From the human T2T-CHM13v2.0 reference genome, Homo sapiens: a stretch of DNA of 64,000 nt. The stretch is taken from the NCBI RefSeq assembly GCF_009914755.1, contig NC_060932.1; one strand, given 5' to 3'. The notes beneath the pieces are model-generated. The model saw only the letters and a list, made by a program, of their open reading frames with translations, was not told where the DNA came from and made no database searches. Made by a program: the position numbers and the translations under genes. Below, in pieces: positions 29,205-45,033 of this stretch (the first letter of the stretch is position 1; every line of letters begins with the position of its first letter).

Positions 29205-29885
29205 TTTAAAACTATTCTTCCTATTGGAAACTTTGTACCCTTTGACCAGTGTCTCCTATCCCCTCCCTTTCCTTCACCCCAGCCCCTGATAACCACTGTC
29301 CTACTCTCTATTTCTGTGAGTTCAACTTCTTTAGATTCCACATACAATAAAATCATGCAGTATCTGTCTTTCTGTGCCTGGCTTATTTCACTTAACACAA
29401 TGTCTTTCAAGTTCATCTATGTTGTTGAAAATGACAGGATTTCTTTCTTTTTTAAGGGTTAATAGTATTCCTTTGTGTGTATATAGTACATTTGCTTTAT
29501 CCTTTCATCCACTGATGGACACTTAGGTTGATTCTATATCTTGGGTATTGTGAATAGAGCTGCAGTGAACATAGGAATTTAGGGATCCCTTCGACATATT
29601 GATTTTGATTTTTTTTTGGTCTATATCCAGAAGTTGGGTTGCTGGATTATATGTTTTGAAATCTATAGCACAGCAGCGTGACTATAGTCAATAATAATGT
29701 ATCTTTCAAAATAACTAAGTGGGTACATTTCAAATGTCGCATCATGAAAATTGTCAGTAAATTAGGGGATGGACGTGTTCATTAGTTTGATCTAATCATC
29801 CCACATTGTATACATATATCAAAACATCACATACATGGGTACAATTATGATTTGTCAATTAAAATAACGTTAGTTAAAAAAAATA
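29205..29885. mobile_element. L1MA 3' end with 5' inversion, inserted in a MIR
   Basis: Minus piece 29205-29652, plus piece 29653-29885 with A tail; MIR sequence resumes on both sides. Confidence 0.78.
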
Positions 29886-31811
29886 AGTAACTTGTTCAAA
29901 GCCCCAGTTGGGATTGATGGAGCTTGGACATGCACCAAGGCTGTTGCTCTGATGCCCACAGAGTCCTTTGTCGACGAATGTTGAAGCCCTACCTGAGATT
30001 TCTACTGAGATCAGTGTAGGGATTCAATGTCTCAGAATCATCCCATCCTCCAGGGCCCACAAGTCCATGACAGCTGCCTCTACCCCTGACCCTACTGACC
30101 TGAAATTTGGCCCCTGCTTTCATTTCCAGGAGCATACAACACTTACACCAAGCATTGATGGGTTTTGTTGACTTCATTTGAGATGTGGGGCCGTGGAGAG
30201 GGTCCCATGATCCTTGCTTGGTGTTGGCCAACTCATTGACTTCTCTCCTTTGACTTCACCCTTCCCTTTTCAACTCACCTCCTCTGTCATGGATTGCTCT
30301 GGGAATTCTGAGCCCTGGTTCCTTTATTTTGCAGATAACCTTCACTCTTCTCTGCAACGAATCCCAAAAGTGTGTAGTTGAGCTGACTGCAAGGTGCTTG
30401 ACACGCAAGAGAATTTACAAATGGGATTCGGCCTCTGGAAAGTGGTGGTAGTTCCAGATTTATGTGGATGTTACTTTGTTTTTCCCTATAAGATCTATTC
30501 TTTAAACTATCAAGCTCTTGGCTCCTGGCTGCAGTCGTTTGCTGGTGGCAGTGGGCTGGGTACTGCCACCGGGGAGAAATGCTGTCCACTTAGAGAAAGG
30601 GAAACTGGTTCTCTTTAAGAGGCAGAGGGAGGTTTCCAGTGCCAGTTTGTTTGGAGGCAAAATGGCTGTTGTAGTAAAATTGCCCAAACTTGGGCTGGTG
30701 CCTTGTGTGTTTAGAGCTCAAAGCCACGATTGTTTTCTTTTTCTTTTCTTTTTTTTTTTTTTTTTTTGGTGGTTGGTTTTCCATCCTTTTGCTTGGCAGG
30801 TTTCTGCTAATAGCTTCAACCTCAAGAGTCCCATTACACAGACACTAATAGCACCTACTATGTGTCAGTCTGTAGTGCCTACTATGTGCCAGGCATTGGA
30901 GATAATATAATGATGAACAAGATAAACATGACATTTGGAAAAGAGAGTCTGGTTCCCACTCTCAGCCCACCCCAAAGAGAGGCCAGAATTGGGCTTCCAA
31001 AGAAATCAGATGCCCTTGCATCACCTCCCTGAAGAGGACGGGTGAAGCTTTGGTGTCTGCAGAGAATTTGGCTGGACAATCCCCCAGTTTTGGAATGATG
31101 GGAAGGAGCTGCCATCTGTGTTTAAGATGAGAAGTGGGGGAGTGGCTGGATATCAGCAGAAGCCAAGATGAAGAGAAGGTTTTTGTGAGTTCCTATGCAT
31201 AGTGGAGACCTGTTCTAGTGAGGGTCCCTGGGGCTGAGCCTGTGGGTCAGTGGAATGATGCTGTGAGGAGGGTCTTGCTATAGCAGGTGGCCCAAAGAAG
31301 GTTGATGGATCATGAGCAGCTGGAAGAATGGAGAGTTCGGGGGATGTAGTTCCTACCTGGCTTTCCAACAGTGTGTAAGCCCAGAATTCTTACATAAGCC
31401 CATGGAGAAGGGAAAGGAATACTGGTAACGACAAGATTGAATTCTCCACCTGCCAGGCATCCAGAGACTCAGAGCAGATTTAAGTGAAGTTACAGAAATA
31501 GGAATGTGACATTTCCTACATCCGGGTGTGCTGGAGCAAATATATTCCTTCTCTGGTTTGTGGGGAAGGAGAATGCTAACAGACAAGACTCCAGGATTTT
31601 GCTCTTAAACCTGGTGCCTACAGATGCATTTTCTACTGGATGCAGACAGAAGCTCCATATAGACATATCCATCGCTGCATCTCTCATGCCTTCTGTTCTC
31701 CCTAATTTTCCCTTTTTCACCCACAGAGGAAGAAAGTTCCAGCATCACTTCTGGCCTCTCAAGAGTGAGTTAGGTGGCCAGGTGGGGTTATTCATGCCTG
31801 TAATCTCATAC

Positions 31812-32835
31812 TGAAGGGGTGGCCTGCCCCTCCACACCTGTGGGTATTTCTTGTCGGGTGGGATGAGAGACAGAAAAGAAATCAGACACAGAGACAAAGT
31901 ATAGAGAAACAACAGCGGGCCCAGGGGACCTGCGCTTAGCATGCTAAGGACCTGCACTGGCACAGGTCTCTGAATTCCCTCAGTTTTTATTGATTATTAT
32001 CTTCATTATTTCAGCAAAAAGGAATGTAGTAGGAGGGCAGGGTGATAATAAGGAGAAGGTCAGCAACAAACGTGAGCAATAGAATCTATGTCATAATGAA
32101 GTTCAAGGGAAGGTACTATGACTGGACGTGCATGTAAGCCAGATTTATGTTTCTCTCCACCCAGACATCTCAGTGGAGTAAAGAAGAACAAGGCAGCATT
32201 GCTGTAAACATGTCTCGCCTCCCACCATAGGGCGGTTTTTCTCCCATCTCAGAACTGAACAAATGTACAATCGTGTTTTATACCGAGACATTCAGTTCCC
32301 AGGGGCAGTCAGGAGACAGTGGCCTTCCTCTATCTCAACTGCAAGTCTTTCCTCTTTGACTAATCCACCTCAGCACAGATCTTTTATGGGTGTCGCGCTG
32401 GGGGACCGTCAGGTCTTTCTCATCCCACGAGGCCATATTTCAGACTATCACATGGGGAGAAACTTTGGACAATACCCAGCTTTCAAGGGCAGAGGTCCCT
32501 GCGGCTTTCCACAGTGCATTGTGCCCCTGGTTTATTGAGATGAGAGAATGGTGATGACTTTTACCAAGTATACTGCTTGCAAACATTTGGTTAACAAGGC
32601 ACGTCCTGCACAGCCCTACATGCCTTAAACCTTGATTTCATACAACACATGTTTTTATGAGCTCCAGATTGGGTCAAAGTGGTTGGGGCAAAGTGGCTGG
32701 GGCAAAGCTACAGATTAACAACATCTCAGCAAAGCAATTGTTTAAAGTACAGGTCTTTTTCAAAATGGAGTCTCTTATGTCTTCCCTTTCTATGTAGACA
32801 CAGTAACAGTCTGATCTCTCTTTCTTTTCCCTACA
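31812..32835 (-). mobile_element. LTR5A-type 3' LTR of HERV-K(HML-2)
   Basis: Minus strand begins TGTAGGGAAAAGAAAGAGAGATCAGACTGTTACTGTGTC and ends GGGGCAGGCCACCCCTTCA; 1024 bp; poly(A) signal AATAAA at 31991-31986; degenerate polypurine tract just upstream. Confidence 0.93.
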
Positions 32836-33391
32836 TATCCCCATTTTCGTTTTGACAAAACCACCTCCATCATCATGGCCCCTTCTCGCTGGTCGCTGTC
32901 TCTCTGGAGCTGCTGGATACACCTGTAGACTAAAAATAGAAAGGACAGACATACAAGGATTAATAAAAAATTTGCAATAGTGGAATTTCCGGTGGTTTTA
33001 ACCCAAGTGATGGGGCAAGAGGACGGTGTGGGTGCTGCGGCACCAAGGCAGTCTCCCACCTCCTTTGTGTCTTAGTTGCTGTTTCTCATAGTTTTCAGTC
33101 TTTCTCCTCACCTGCTCACTCGCACCTTTTATCTCTTTGTCTCCCTTCTTTTACGGTCTCTCTCTCTCTCTCTCTTTTACACTGTCTCTCTCCCCAGTCT
33201 CACTTTCTGTGTCTCTCTCTGATCTCTGTCTCTTTTTCTTTCTCTTCCTCTCCCTGGCTCTCCACATGTGCCGTTTCCTTGGTGGATTGTAACTTCATCT
33301 GTTCTTCTGATATCACCATTTTGTTCACCCTGCGAGTCGATGATGCTCGACTGCGGGTTTTCTGTCTCTGCAGAGGCACTTTCATTTGCAT
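32790..33391 (-). pseudogene. env: HML-2 env remnants (leader/Rec N-terminus 33391-33271; TM and cytoplasmic tail 33020-32790) separated by a non-viral insert
   Basis: [38 protein letters not shown] matches the type-2 env/Rec N-terminus. [48 protein letters not shown]...DQTVTVST matches the env C-terminus. Confidence 0.92.
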
Positions 33392-33728
33392 CTTGATAGG
33401 TTCATTGTAGAACTTCAAATGTCTAGTGGGTATCCAAACAGGAAGCTGATTTTCTCCGGGTGAAACACAAGCAAAACCTCTCCCCCATATTATCACCTTA
33501 CCTATTTCCCATATTTTGTTTTTGTTGTCTTTCCACCAAATCAGTTTTCCCTCACGTGGCCTATTATTTTTACTAGTAAAATGTTCTGCAGAAGTAGTGG
33601 TCTGATTTCTATGTATGTCTAGAAAATCTAAAGTATAGAGTGTTAGATTAAGTTGCATCTGGGGAGTGCTATACTCCTTATTGTATTTTTCCTTTTTTTG
33701 TTTAACCAATTGAGCTTTGAGTGTTCTA
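33392..33728 (-). pseudogene. pol: HML-2 pol integrase C-terminal fragment
   Basis: [17 protein letters not shown]...[53 protein letters not shown], the HERV-K IN C-terminal domain. Confidence 0.95.
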
Positions 33729-34306
33729 AGCAGGACAGGTAAGATCTGCGTCTGGCACAGTCAGCCAGGTCTCCTTACCCTGTGCTTCCCTTTCTGCCTG
33801 TGACTGAATGGGCATGTCAGGGTCTAGTAGGGGATCCAGGAGGAGGAAGCCTCATTAACTTCTATTCTGCAGCAATTGATAGACACCCAACTTGAACAGT
33901 GGGGGCTTATCGCCTCATATACTAAGACCAGAGATAGCTGATGCCAAGGTTGGCTAAATTAGTAGCTTGAGATGTTAGATTTTTCATTTGAGGTTTCTAT
34001 GCTGCTGTTGTCTTCCGCTCTTGGTCACAGAGGCTGCCACAATCCGCATGTCAAGTCCTCATGTGACAATATCCAGACACAGCAAGGAAGAGGTACAGTG
34101 TATTCCTGCATGTTTCTTAAAAAAAAATGTTTTTGATAGAGAATAATTGTGCACATTTATGGGGTCCATGTGAGATTCTGGTACATGCATGTAATGTGTA
34201 ATGATCAAGTCAGGGTCTTTAGGATATTAATCACCTCAAACATTGATCATTTCTTTGTGTTGGGAATATTTCAAATCTTATTGCTATTTAGAAATACACA
34301 ATAAAT

Positions 34307-36448
<2,142 letters not shown>

Positions 36449-37977
36449 GAAATATACAATAAATTATTGTAGTCACTTTCTGTGATAATAAACACTAGAT
36501 CTCATTCCTTCTATTATATATTTTTATACCCATTAATCAACCTCTTTTCAAACCTCTCCTATTCCTAGCCTCTGGTAACTATCATTCTACTCTTTATCTC
36601 CATGATATCAATTTTATATAGCTCCAGGGCACACAAGTCCATAACTGTGGTCTCTATCCGTGACCCTACTGACCTGAAATATGGCCCCGCTTTGATTTCC
36701 AGGAGCATAAGCTGCTTATATAAGTGAGAACATGCAATAGTTTTCTTTCTGTGCATGGCCTAGTTCACCTGACGTTATGACCTTTAATTCCACCCAATTA
36801 GCTGAAAATGACAGGATTTCATTTTTTTATGGCTAAATACTATTCCATTGTGCGTATATTCCCATTTTCTTTATCCATTCATCCATTGATTGACATTTAG
36901 ATTGATTCCATATCTTGGCTATTGCAAATAGTGCTGCAGTAAATATGGGGGTATGGGTATCCCGTTGATACACTGTTATCTTTTTTTGGATATATACCCA
37001 GGAGTGGGATTGCTGGATCATATGGTAGATTTGTTCTTAGTTTTTTGAGAAATCTCTGTACTTTTTTTCATAATGGCTGTACCAATTTACATTCCCACCA
37101 ACAATATACAATAATTTCCTTTTCTTCACATGCTTGCCAGCATTTGTTGTGCTTTGTCTTTTTAATACCCATTCTAACAAGTGTGAGATGATATCTCATT
37201 GTGGTTTTGATTTGCATTTCCGTGATGATTAGTGATGTTGAATATTTTTTCATAAACTTGGTGATTTGTATATTTTCTTTTGAGAAATGTCTGTTTATTT
37301 TTTGATAGTTTCTTTTGCTGTGTAGAAGCTCTTTCATTTAATTAGATCCCATTTGCCAATTTTTGCTTTTGTGGCAATTGCGTTTGGCATCTTCACCATG
37401 AACTCTTTGCCCATCACTATGTACCAGATGGTATTGCCTAGGTTGTCTTCAGCGTTTTTATAGTTATGGGTTTTACATTTAAGTCTGCAGGCCATCTTGA
37501 GTTAATTTTTGTGTGTGGTGTAAGGGAGGGGTGTTGTCTTTTCACTCTGTTGATTGTTTTAATTGATATACAGAAGGAATTTAATTTAATATAATCCCAT
37601 TTGTCTGTTTTTGTTGCTTGTACTTTTTAAGCGTTAGCCATACAATCTTTGTTCTCAAGCGTTTCTCCTGTGTTTATTTCTAGTAGTTTTATAGTTGTGG
37701 CTGTTACATTTAAGTCTTTAACTGATTTTGAGTTTATTTTTCTAAGTGATGAGAGATAAGGGTCTAGTTTTATTCTTCTGTGTTTGGATATCTAGTTTTG
37801 CTGGCACCATTTAATGAAGAGGGTGTCATTTATTCAATGCATGTTCTTGACAGCTTTCTTGAAAATCAGTTAGCTGTAAATATGTGGATTCATTTCTGGA
37901 TTCTTTAGTCTGTTTCCTTTGTTTTTGTGTCTGTTTTAATACCAGTACACGCTGTTTTGGTTACCATAGCTTTGTAA

Positions 37978-39331
<1,354 letters not shown>

Positions 39332-39826
39332 TCTTTGCAGTATATTTTTAAATGAGGTAGTGTGAGGCTTCTAGCTTTGTTCTTTTTGCTCAGTATTGCT
39401 CTGGCTATTTGGGGTCTTCTGTGGTTCCATATGAATTTCAGGGTTTTTTTTTTTCCTGTTTCTGTGAAGAATATAATTGATAGGGATTGTACTGAATCTC
39501 TAGATTGCTTCGGGTAGTATGGTCATTTTAACAGTATTAGTTACTCCACCCCACGAGCATAAGATGCCTTTCCATTTGTTTGTGTCCTTCTCAGTTTATT
39601 TTATCAGTGTTTTGTGGTTTTCATTGTAGAGGTTTTTTGGGTTTTTTTTTTCCTCATCCTTGGTTAAGTTTATTCCTAGGTATTTTATTTTTGTAGCTAT
39701 TGTAAATAGAATTTCTTCCTTGATTTCTATTTTAGCTAGTTTGTTACTGGTATATAGAAACATTACTGATTTTTGTATGTTGATTTTGTGTCCTGAAGCT
39801 TTACTGAATTATACATCCTTTTTTAA

Positions 39827-40145
<319 letters not shown>

Positions 40146-42309
40146 TAAGAGTTTTTTGGTAGAGTCTTTAGGTTTTTCTGTTTACAGGTATACGATTATG
40201 TCATTTGCAAAGTGAGACAATTGGACTTCCTTTTGTCCATTTGGATGCCTTTTTTTTCTTTATCTTGTCTGATCACTCTGGCTTGGATGTCCCATACTGT
40301 GTTGAATAAGAGTGGTGAAAGTGGGCATCCTTCTCTTGTTCCAGTTCTTAGAGGAAAGGCTTTTCAATTTTTCCCAGTGAGTAGGATGTTAGCTGTAGAT
40401 TTGTCATATATGCCTTTTCTTAGGTTGAAGTGTTCCTTCTATGCTTAATTTGTTGAGAGTTTTCATCATGAAGGAATGGTAAGTTTTACTGAGTGATTTT
40501 TCTGCATCTGCTGAGATGATCAGATAGTTTTTCCCTTTCATCTTGTCAATGTGATGTATCACATGTATTGATTTGTGTATGTTGAGCCACCTTTGCATTC
40601 CTGGGATAAATCCCACTTGATCATGGTATATTATCTTTTTCATTCATCATTAGATTTGGCTTGGTAGTATTATGCTGAGAATTTTACCATCTGTGTTCAT
40701 TAGGAATATTGGCCTGTAGTTTTCTCCTTTTGTTGTGTCCTTGTCTTGATTGGATATCAGGGTAATGCTGGCCTTATACAATGAGTTAGGAAGAATTCCT
40801 TCCTCTTCAATTTTTGGGAATAGTTTGAGAAGAATTGGTGTTTGTTTTTCTTTATAAATTGGGTAGAAATCAGCATAAAAGCCTAGTCTAGGGCTTTTCT
40901 CCTTTGGGAGACATTTTGTTACTGATTCAAACCTGCTATTCATTTTGGGTCAGTTCACGTTTTCTGTTTCTTCCTAGTTCAACCTTGGTAGGCTGTGTAT
41001 GTCTGGGAATTTATCCCTTTCCTCTAGGTTTTCCAATTTGTTAGCATATGATTGTTCATAATAGCCTCTAATTATCCTTTTTATTTCTTTGGTAACACTT
41101 GTAATGTCCCCTTTTTCATTTCTGATTGTATTTATTTTGGTCTTTTTTTTTTTTTTTTTTTTTTTTTTGGTTAGCCTCACTAGTGGTTTATCAATTTTGT
41201 TTAACTTTTCAAAAAACCAACTTTTATCTTATTGATTCTTTGCATTTTTTTTTTGTCTCTGTTGCATTTGGTTCTGCTATGTTATTTATATTTTTTCTTT
41301 CTACTAATTGTGTGTTTGATTTGTTCTTGCTTTTTGAGTTCCTTGAGGTGCATCATTAGGTTGTTTATTTGAAATCTTTCTACTTTTTTGGTGTAGGCAT
41401 TTATTGCTATAAACTTTCCTCCTAGTACTGCTTTTGCTGTATCCCATAGGTTTTGCATGATGTGTTTCCATTTTCTGTTTAAAAAATTTTTTTGATGTCC
41501 ATCTTAATTTCTTCATTGACCCAATGATTATTCAATAGCATGTTTAATGTCCATATATTTGTACAGTTTCCAAATTTCTTCTTCTTATTGATTTCAAGTT
41601 TTATTCCATTGTGGTCTGAGAAGATACTTGATATGATTTTAATTTTTAAAATTTTATTGAGCCTTGTTCTGTGTCCTAACATATGGTCTATCCTGGAGAA
41701 TGTTCCATGTGTTGATGAGATGATTGCATATTCTGCTGCTGCTGGATGAACTATTCTGAAAATATCTGTTAGGTCCATTTGGTCCAAAGTGCAGCTTAAA
41801 TCTAATGTTTCTTTGTTGATTTTATGTCTAGATGAACTGTCCAATGCTGAGAGTAGGATATTGAAGTTCTCAACTATCATTTTATTGGACTCTATCTCTC
41901 CATGTAGATTTAATAATATTTGCTATATGTCTCTGGATGCGCTTGTGTTGGTTGCATGCATATTTGGAATTGTTATACTTTGTTGCTGAATTGATCCCTT
42001 TATTACCATATAATGATCTTGTTTGTCCTTTTTACAGTTTTTGACTTAAAGTCTGTTTTATCTGATGTAAGTTTAGCTACTCCTGATTATTTTTGATTTC
42101 TGTTTGTGTGGTATATCTTTTTCCATCCCTTCACTTTCAGTCTGTGTGTGTCTTTACAAGGGAAGTGATGTTGGGTCACTTTTTATCCATTAAGCCTGAC
42201 TGTATCTTTTAGGTAGGTAATTTAACCCATATTCGAAGTTATTATTGATAGGCGAGGATTTATTCCTGTCATTTTGTTCATTGTTTTCTGGTTATTTTGT
42301 ATATCCTTT

Positions 42310-44613
42310 TGATATGGTTTGGCTGTGTCCCCACTCAGATCTCATCTTGAATTCCCATGTGTTGTGGGAGGGACCCAATGGGAAGTAGTTGAATCATGGA
42401 GGCAGGTATTTCCCATGCTATTCTTTTAATAGTGAATAAGTCTCATGAGATCTGATGGTTTTAAAAGGAGGAGTTTCCCTGCTCAAGCTCTCTCTTTGCC
42501 TGCTGCCATCCCTGTAAGATGTGACTTGCCTCTCCTTGACTTCCGCAATGATTTTGAAGCCTCCCCAGCAATGTAGAACTGTAAGTCCATTAAGCCTCTT
42601 TCTTTTGTAAATTTCCCAGTCTTGAATGTGTCTTTATCAGCTGTGTGAAAATGGACTAATACAGTAAATTAGTACCAGAAGTGGGGTGTTGCTAAAAGAT
42701 ACCTGAATATGTGGAAGTGACTTTGGAACTGGGAAACAGGCAGAGGTTGGAACAGTTTGGAGGGCTCAGAAGGAGACAGGAAAATGTGGGAAAATTTGGA
42801 AGAGATTTCCTAGAGACTTGCCCAAAATGCTGATTGTTATATGGACAATAAAGTCTAGGCTTAGGTTGTCTCAGATGGAAATGAGGAACTTGTTAGGAAC
42901 TGGCACAATGGTGACTCCTGTTATGTTTTAGCAAAGAGACTGGTGGCTTTTTGCCCCTGCTGTAGAGATTTGTGGAATTTTGAACTTGAGAGATTTAGGG
43001 TAACTGATAGGGTATTTGAACTTGAGATTTAGGGTATCTGATAGAAGAAATTTCTAAGCAGCAAAGCATTCAAGAGATGACTTGGGTGCTGTTAAAGGCC
43101 TTCAGTTTTATGAGGGAAGCAGAGCATGAAAGTTTGGAAAATCTGCAGCCTGACAATGCAATAGAAAAGAAAATCCCATTTTCTCAAGAAAAATTCGATC
43201 TGGCTGCAGAAGTTTGTTTAAGTAACGAGGAGTCAAATGTGAATCCCCAAGACAATGGGGAAAATGTCTCCAGGGCATGTCACAGGTCTTCATGGCAGCC
43301 CCTTCCATCAAAGGTCCAGAGGCCTAGGAAGAAAAGATGGTTTTGTGGGCTGGACCCAGGGACCCCTGTTGTGAGCAGCCTAGGGTGCCTGAGTCCTAGC
43401 CACTCCAGCTGCAGCTAAAAGGAGCCAAGGTACAACTTGGGCTGTGGCTTCAGAGGGTGCAAGCCCCAAGCCTTAGCAGCTTCCACATAGTGTTGAGCCT
43501 GTGGGTGCACAGAAGTCAAAAATTGAGGTTTGGGAACTGCTGCCTAGATTTCAGAAGGTGTATGGAAATTCCTAGATACCCAGGCAGGAGTTTGCTGCAG
43601 GGGCAGGGCACTCATGGAGAAACTCTCCTAGGGCAGTGCAGAAGGGAAATGTGGGGTCGGAGCCCCCACATAGAGTCCCTACTGCAGCGCCACCTAGTGG
43701 AGCTTTGAGAAGAGGGCCACCATCCTCCAGACCCCAGAATGGTGGATTCACTGACAGCTTGCACTGTGTGCCTGGAAAAGCTGCAGACACTCAATGCCAA
43801 CCCGTGAAAGGAGCCAGGAGGGGGGTTAAACCATACAAAGCCACAGGAGTGGAGCTGTGGCCTTTTTTCTCCCAAGGCCATGGTCATACATCAGTATGAC
43901 CTGCATGTCAGACATGGAGTCAAAGGAGATCATTTTGGAGCTTTGAGATTTCACTGCCCCACTGGATTTTGGGCTTGCATGGGTCCTGTAGCCCCTTTGT
44001 TTGGCAATTTTCTGCCATTTGGAATGACTGTATTTACCCAATGCCTATACCCACATTGTATCTAGGAAGTAACTAACTAGTTTTTGATTTTACATGCTCA
44101 TAGGCAGAAGGGATTTGCCTTGTCTCAAATGAGACTTTGGACTGTGGACTTTTGAGTTAATGCTGAACTTAGTTAAGACTTTGGGGGACTGTTGGGAAGG
44201 CATGATTGGTTTCAAAATGTGAGGATATGAGATTTGGGAAGGGCCAGGGGCAGAATGATATGGTTTGGTTGTGTCCCCACCCAAGTCTCATCTTGAATTC
44301 CCACATGTTGTGGGAGGGACCTGGTGGGAAGTAATTGAGTCATGGTGGCAGGTCTTTCCCATGCTGTTCTCATGATAGTGAATAAGTATCACAAGGTCTG
44401 ATGGTTTTGAAAAGGGTAGTTTCTCTGCAGAAGCTCTATCTTTGATTGCTGCCATCCATGTGAGACATGACTTGCTTCTTCTTGCCTTCCAACGTGATTC
44501 TTAGGCTTCCTCAGCTATGTGGAAGTGTAAGTCCATTAAACCTCTTTCTTTTGTAAATTGCTCAGTCTCAGTCAGGTATGTCTTTATCAGCAGTGTGAAA
44601 ACAGACTAATACA
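42310..44613 (+). mobile_element. Complete THE1 (MaLR): LTR 42310-42663, internal 42664-44255, LTR 44256-44613
   Basis: Both LTRs run TGATATGGTTTGG...GACTAATACA; 5-bp TSD CCTTT at 42305-42309 and 44614-44618; inserted in the old L1. Confidence 0.96.
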
Positions 44614-44863
44614 CCTTTGTTCCTTTTTTCTCTCATTATTTATGGTTGCAGTTTGGTGGTTTTCTTTAGTGGTGATGTTTGAATCCTTTCTTCTTTGTGT
44701 GTCTGAACTACCAGTGAGTTTTATACTTTCATGTATTTTCATGATGGTAGATATTGTTCTTTCACTTCCCAATGTAGGACTCCCTTAAACATTTCTTATA
44801 GGACCACAACAAACAAGACACAAACAAACAGTCTTTTGCTTATCTGGGAAATACTTTTTTCCC

Positions 44864-45033
44864 TTTTATTATTACTATTTTTTTTTTTAGCAATGGAGTC
44901 TCACTCTGTCACCCAGGCTGGAGTACAGTGGCATGATCATAGCTCACTGCAGCCTTGAACTCCTGGGATCAAATGGTCCTCCTGCCTCAGCCTTGAGTCT
45001 CTGGAATTGCAGATGTGAGCCACTGTGCCAGGC
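44864..45033 (-). mobile_element. Alu monomer (FRAM/AluJ-like)
   Basis: Single-arm Alu. Confidence 0.8.

Larger units (their letters stand above)
31812..33728 (-). mobile_element. HERV-K(HML-2) provirus remnant: integrase end, deleted env, PPT and 3' LTR; 5' LTR, gag, pro and most of pol missing
   Basis: HML-2 IN, env, Np9-frame peptides and LTR are contiguous. Viral homology stops abruptly at about 33728. Confidence 0.95.

Noticed and set aside
42560-42572. PRDM9 hotspot motif position in the THE1 LTR
   Set aside because: Reads CCTCCCCAGCAAT here and is more degenerate in the 3' LTR; it does not match the hot CCTCCCTNNCCAC form.
43077-44284. Several ORFs in the THE1 internal region
   Set aside because: Fragmented remnants of the MaLR internal sequence; not an intact gene.
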